Source of the DNA: Podarcis gaigeae
Taxonomy: Eukaryota
Length of the DNA: 64,000 nt
Reading direction: 5' to 3' (one strand)
NCBI GenBank assembly: GCA_964106915.2
Contig: OZ066926.1
The notes beneath the pieces are model-generated. The model was not told where the DNA came from. It was given only the letters and a program-made list of their open reading frames with translations, and searched no databases. Below, piece by piece: positions 36,101 through 64,000 of the stretch. Both the position numbers and the translations under genes were made by a program. Within the stretch, counting starts at the first letter, position 1. Each line of letters begins with the position of its first letter.

Positions 36101-39024
36101 AGGGCAAGGAATGGATCCGCAGTCCAGACATACAAGATGTTTTAGCCTATATGAATACCATGCTGGTTCATTCAGCTGATGGAGGCGTGCAAAGGATCAC
36201 TGTGGAGTTTTGCAGCCTTCAGAGGTGGTATCTGGGGGGGGGGGGGAGTAGCTGGTGCCAACTTTTACAGACCTCTTTCTTGCCTTCTGTGTTGAGCAAA
36301 GATGAAGAGTGCCCAGCCTGCCAGGGTGTGATTAGCAATAAGGTCAGAATAGTGGCTTATACCTGCATTAAGCATAGCCTCCAAAATAGTGAGGTTCCCC
36401 CTCTAGGAAGCAGGGTACCCATGTGGGGAGTGTCTCCCTTGGGCCAGGGTGGGAGGCAGCATGGCTGTCCACCCCTCTTCCCATTTAGTGTAGGGTCATA
36501 GGTTGCAGCTACTGCAAGTGGCAAACACATTCTCCTGCTGAAGGATCTCTCCCAGGGAATTTAGGTTGGTATGTCTGGAAATGTGAGTTGTTTGATGTAG
36601 GGTTCAGAGCTAAAGTCTAGGCTGCCTGGATTTTTCTGTGTTCTCTTTTAGAAACTTCAGCCTCTTGTACACTATAAAGGCACATCAAGAAGTATGGGTC
36701 ATCTTGCCATAGAATTTATTGATTGATTTAGAGCACTTGTACCCAACTCTTCAACCTAAAAGTCTGCTGGAGTGGCTTGCATACATAGTTTGCAAGACAG
36801 CCCCTGCCTGCAGACTTACAATCTGAAATGTATTTCTGCTCTCCCCCCCCCCTTTTTTTTTTTACTTCTATGCCACCTGCATCTTTTAATCTTAAAGACC
36901 TTGGTTAAAATAAACTCCATAGATGTACCAATTGGGGCAGTGTGTTGCAGGTAAAACATTTCAACGTAGTGACATACAGCTGTTTCATATGTGGATGGGA
37001 AGCTTTTAACGTAAAATTGTATGATGGAGGTGATATCTTCCAGGTGGTGAACAGCTCTGAGCACCTCTTTGAGGACTAATAAGGAGTAAGCAACTTCTGT
37101 ACTGTCCATGCTTCCTGTGTACAGGGTTATTGGTCTCTGGGCCCAGTTCAGGGTGATCACATTAGTGAGCCCTAAAAAGCTCAGGCCCCAAATATCTGAA
37201 AGACTGCCTCCACCCCTTCCAAAGTTGTTGGGTGTTAAGATTGACTGAGGGGGCTTCCTTGGTATCCTCTTCCTCAGAAGTGTGGGGAAGAGTGGCCCAG
37301 GAGAGGCCTTTCTTTGTGGCAGCCTCTAGAGTTGTGTGCAACATCTTCATTGGACAGCTTTCACTGTATGTAAAAGACACGCCTCTTTGCCCTGGCCTTT
37401 GTTTTTTGGGGACTGAACTTTTGTTGGATTTATACTGTTCTGTTCCGTTCAGAGAGGATTTACTACGTTGTTATCATTGCAGTGGTCTTAACTGTTTTTA
37501 TAACTGTATATTGTAAGACTGTAACCCACCCTGGAACCTGTTGGAGAAGGGCAGGTATAAAATCTTAGAAATAAAAAAAATACCTAGTCCACTTCTCCTG
37601 TACCAAGCCCAGTAAAATCCAAGGCAAGCCTCTCAAAAGTCTCATTTGCTACATGTCCCCATAATTCCCTTCAGCCCCTCACAACTGACTGACCTCAGTT
37701 TACCCAAGAAAAGGAATGGGGAACCTGTGGCCTTCAAGATGGTGGTGGACTATTTAACTTTCATTATTTCTAACCTTTGGCTTATTCTGATAGGGGTTTG
37801 AGTGCCAACAACCTCTGGAAGTCGACATGTTCCCCATACATCCCTGCTTTAGGAAGAATTGTTAAGGAAAGCAGCACAAGATATCCAAATCACAAAAGCA
37901 ACCGTGGAAGGGTTGGGCTTGATTATTTCTTTTTGGTTTTGTTTATACATCCTTGGGAGTAAATGCCATCGAAGAAGTAGTCTTTAAAGAAGATCTTGTT
38001 AATTTCTTCCTCCTCCCTAACTTGACTTTCAACGAGAACAGAAGGGAAACTATAGCAAGAAAGAAGTTTATTAAGCTGAGGCAATTCTTTGTGAGAATGT
38101 GGCTGTTGTACATGCAGGTCTTTGCCCACTGCAAGGGAAAGGTGGCACTGTGCATGCAAGACCATGGAGCTGAAGCATGTTCAGTCCTTCCACACTGAAG
38201 AGGGAAAACCCAGCAAGAACCTTCATCCTGTCATAGAAAGAGCAAGTCATGGAGGTTATTTTAGTTGGGAAAGCAGCAGGGACAAATGTGCTCTGAGTCA
38301 GAGTGTATTGTATCTCAGGGAGATACTCCTGAGTTTGCTTAGGAAGAATTGGAGCCTGTAATTTATTTTCTAAAAGAAATTTAGGGTATATTGTTGTGGT
38401 TAGAGCAGAAAAGTTGGAAAACTTAGCGATCAGCAAAGTTTCGGGTGCATGCAGTTCCTCAATTCAGTACATTTTCAGTTCCCAATTGAATGCTGCTGCT
38501 AGTGCAGCAGGAGCACAACATGGAGAGGAGAAACAGCTATATCTTCTCTGATCTCTATGAAATCTTACCCCATTTGTTGGCATTGGTGCCCCCCCTCCAA
38601 ATTCTTCTCCTTGATTACCATTCTACACCACTTCTCTTATTTTTGTGGGTGGGAACTTGCGACTCCTGGATTCTCTTGTGAAGGATGTCCTGTATGAGCA
38701 GTGACTAGATTGGATGCAGCTGTGGAGGATTCCCCATCCTGGCTGATTTAGCAAAAGAAGGGCCCTTTTGTAGGGAGTCTGATATATTTTTATAACCTGC
38801 CTTTCTTCCACTAAGGAACTCAAGGCAACCTACATGAGGTCCTTAAATGCCCTTCCCCAGGTCCAGTCCCCTTACTGATCAGGCCTAGATATGTTTAGCT
38901 TCAGGAAGGTAGCCTCATTGTGTGTCCTATCAGACCATGTCTTACGCTTGGTGACCTTGCTAACCTCTGTTTCCCCACCTTAGGAGAAGGGCAAAGGTGA
39001 AGCCCAGCCTCCTCCACGGCCGCC

Positions 39025-63083
<24,059 letters not shown>

Positions 63084-64000
63084 GGCGATGGGGAGAGAAC
63101 AGGGAAACTTTGCTGGAGGGAGACGGGGGAATTGGCTGGTGGAAAGGGGGAGGGGAGGAGGAGGAGGCAGGGGGGCGGCGCGTTTGCCGGGGCTCAGCAA
63201 GCTAGAACTGGGAGAAACCGAACCGCAGTGTGAAGGCTCCTCAGTCGTCATCTGTGGCCTTTGACTTGCCACCCACCTTGCAAGCGCAGAGACACAGAAG
63301 ATTGGACTGTGCGGCGGAAGGTTGCACTCATGCCCTCTGGAGCATGGCTGGGGCCTCCTCCTCAGATCGTGGTTTCCTATCCCCCGCCAAATGGATGGAG
63401 ACACCGAAGCTTGTGAACGTGACGTTGGCAATCGTTTTTTTGCGTCCCTGGTGGTTGTCAGCCGCTTCCCCCAGCGTTGCCACAATCTGTAGATGGAGAG
63501 AGGCAGAGAGCGGTGCCCCGGCAGCGGAGGCTAAATTGTGTCTTCAGGATGTGGCTGAATATTCCCAGGACGAGGGGCGGGTGGGGCGAAAGGCCTCCCA
63601 CATCGCAGCAAATCCAGAATTCTTGATTGTGCATCCATAGCTTGCCCCACGCGCTGCAATCGGAGCTGATGCGCTCGGGAGAGCCTGTTCTGTGTCTCCT
63701 GCGTCATGGTTCCTTTCAATCAGTTCAGGCAGTGAGAGAGAGAGAAATTAAATTAACGGGAGTGGATTTTGGGAGAACCCTGGATTGCCATTGGTGGCGG
63801 CCGATCGGTGCATGCATAGAATTACCAGATTGACAGTGAAAGAACTTTGCCTCCTTCCTGAGGCCTGGACAGTGGCTTCTGATCCTGAGTTCACAGGCGA
63901 CCATTACCGAAATCCATTGTTTCTGGACCGTTCTCAGCTCCCAGAACCTTCCTTACCTCACCACAGTCTGTGGCTGGAGAAGGAATTGTAAATTGCAAGC

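Overview
Vertebrate genomic DNA, most likely a squamate (lizard), judged from its SINE/CR1/hAT/Tc1-mariner repeat landscape. The TMEM219-TAOK2 order matches human 16p11.2. Four + strand protein-coding units were reconstructed by hand from GT-AG splice sites. (1) A compact 344-aa NUFIP2 paralogue (4704-9590, 4 coding exons) behind a promoter with clustered CLEAR/E-box motifs. (2) An intact, intronless 451-aa PIF/Harbinger (HARBI1/ALP1-like) DDE transposase ORF (16606-17961). It lies in the probable first intron of TMEM219, has its own splice acceptor and polyA signal, and shows no TIRs or Myb partner, so it is a candidate new domestication. (3) TMEM219 (23012-24712, 5 coding exons). (4) TAOK2 (39025-63083), with both the read-through transmembrane alpha isoform and the spliced beta isoform; the beta acceptor has a 233-nt AG-free zone and a distant branch point. 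Intergenic and intronic DNA holds a decayed Gypsy pol relic, several hAT and Tc1/mariner MITEs with target-site duplications, SINE/LINE fragments and microsatellites. One very young CpG-rich hAT element carries a 109-bp hairpin array with a flipped loop. Homology calls come from recalled motifs, not database searches.
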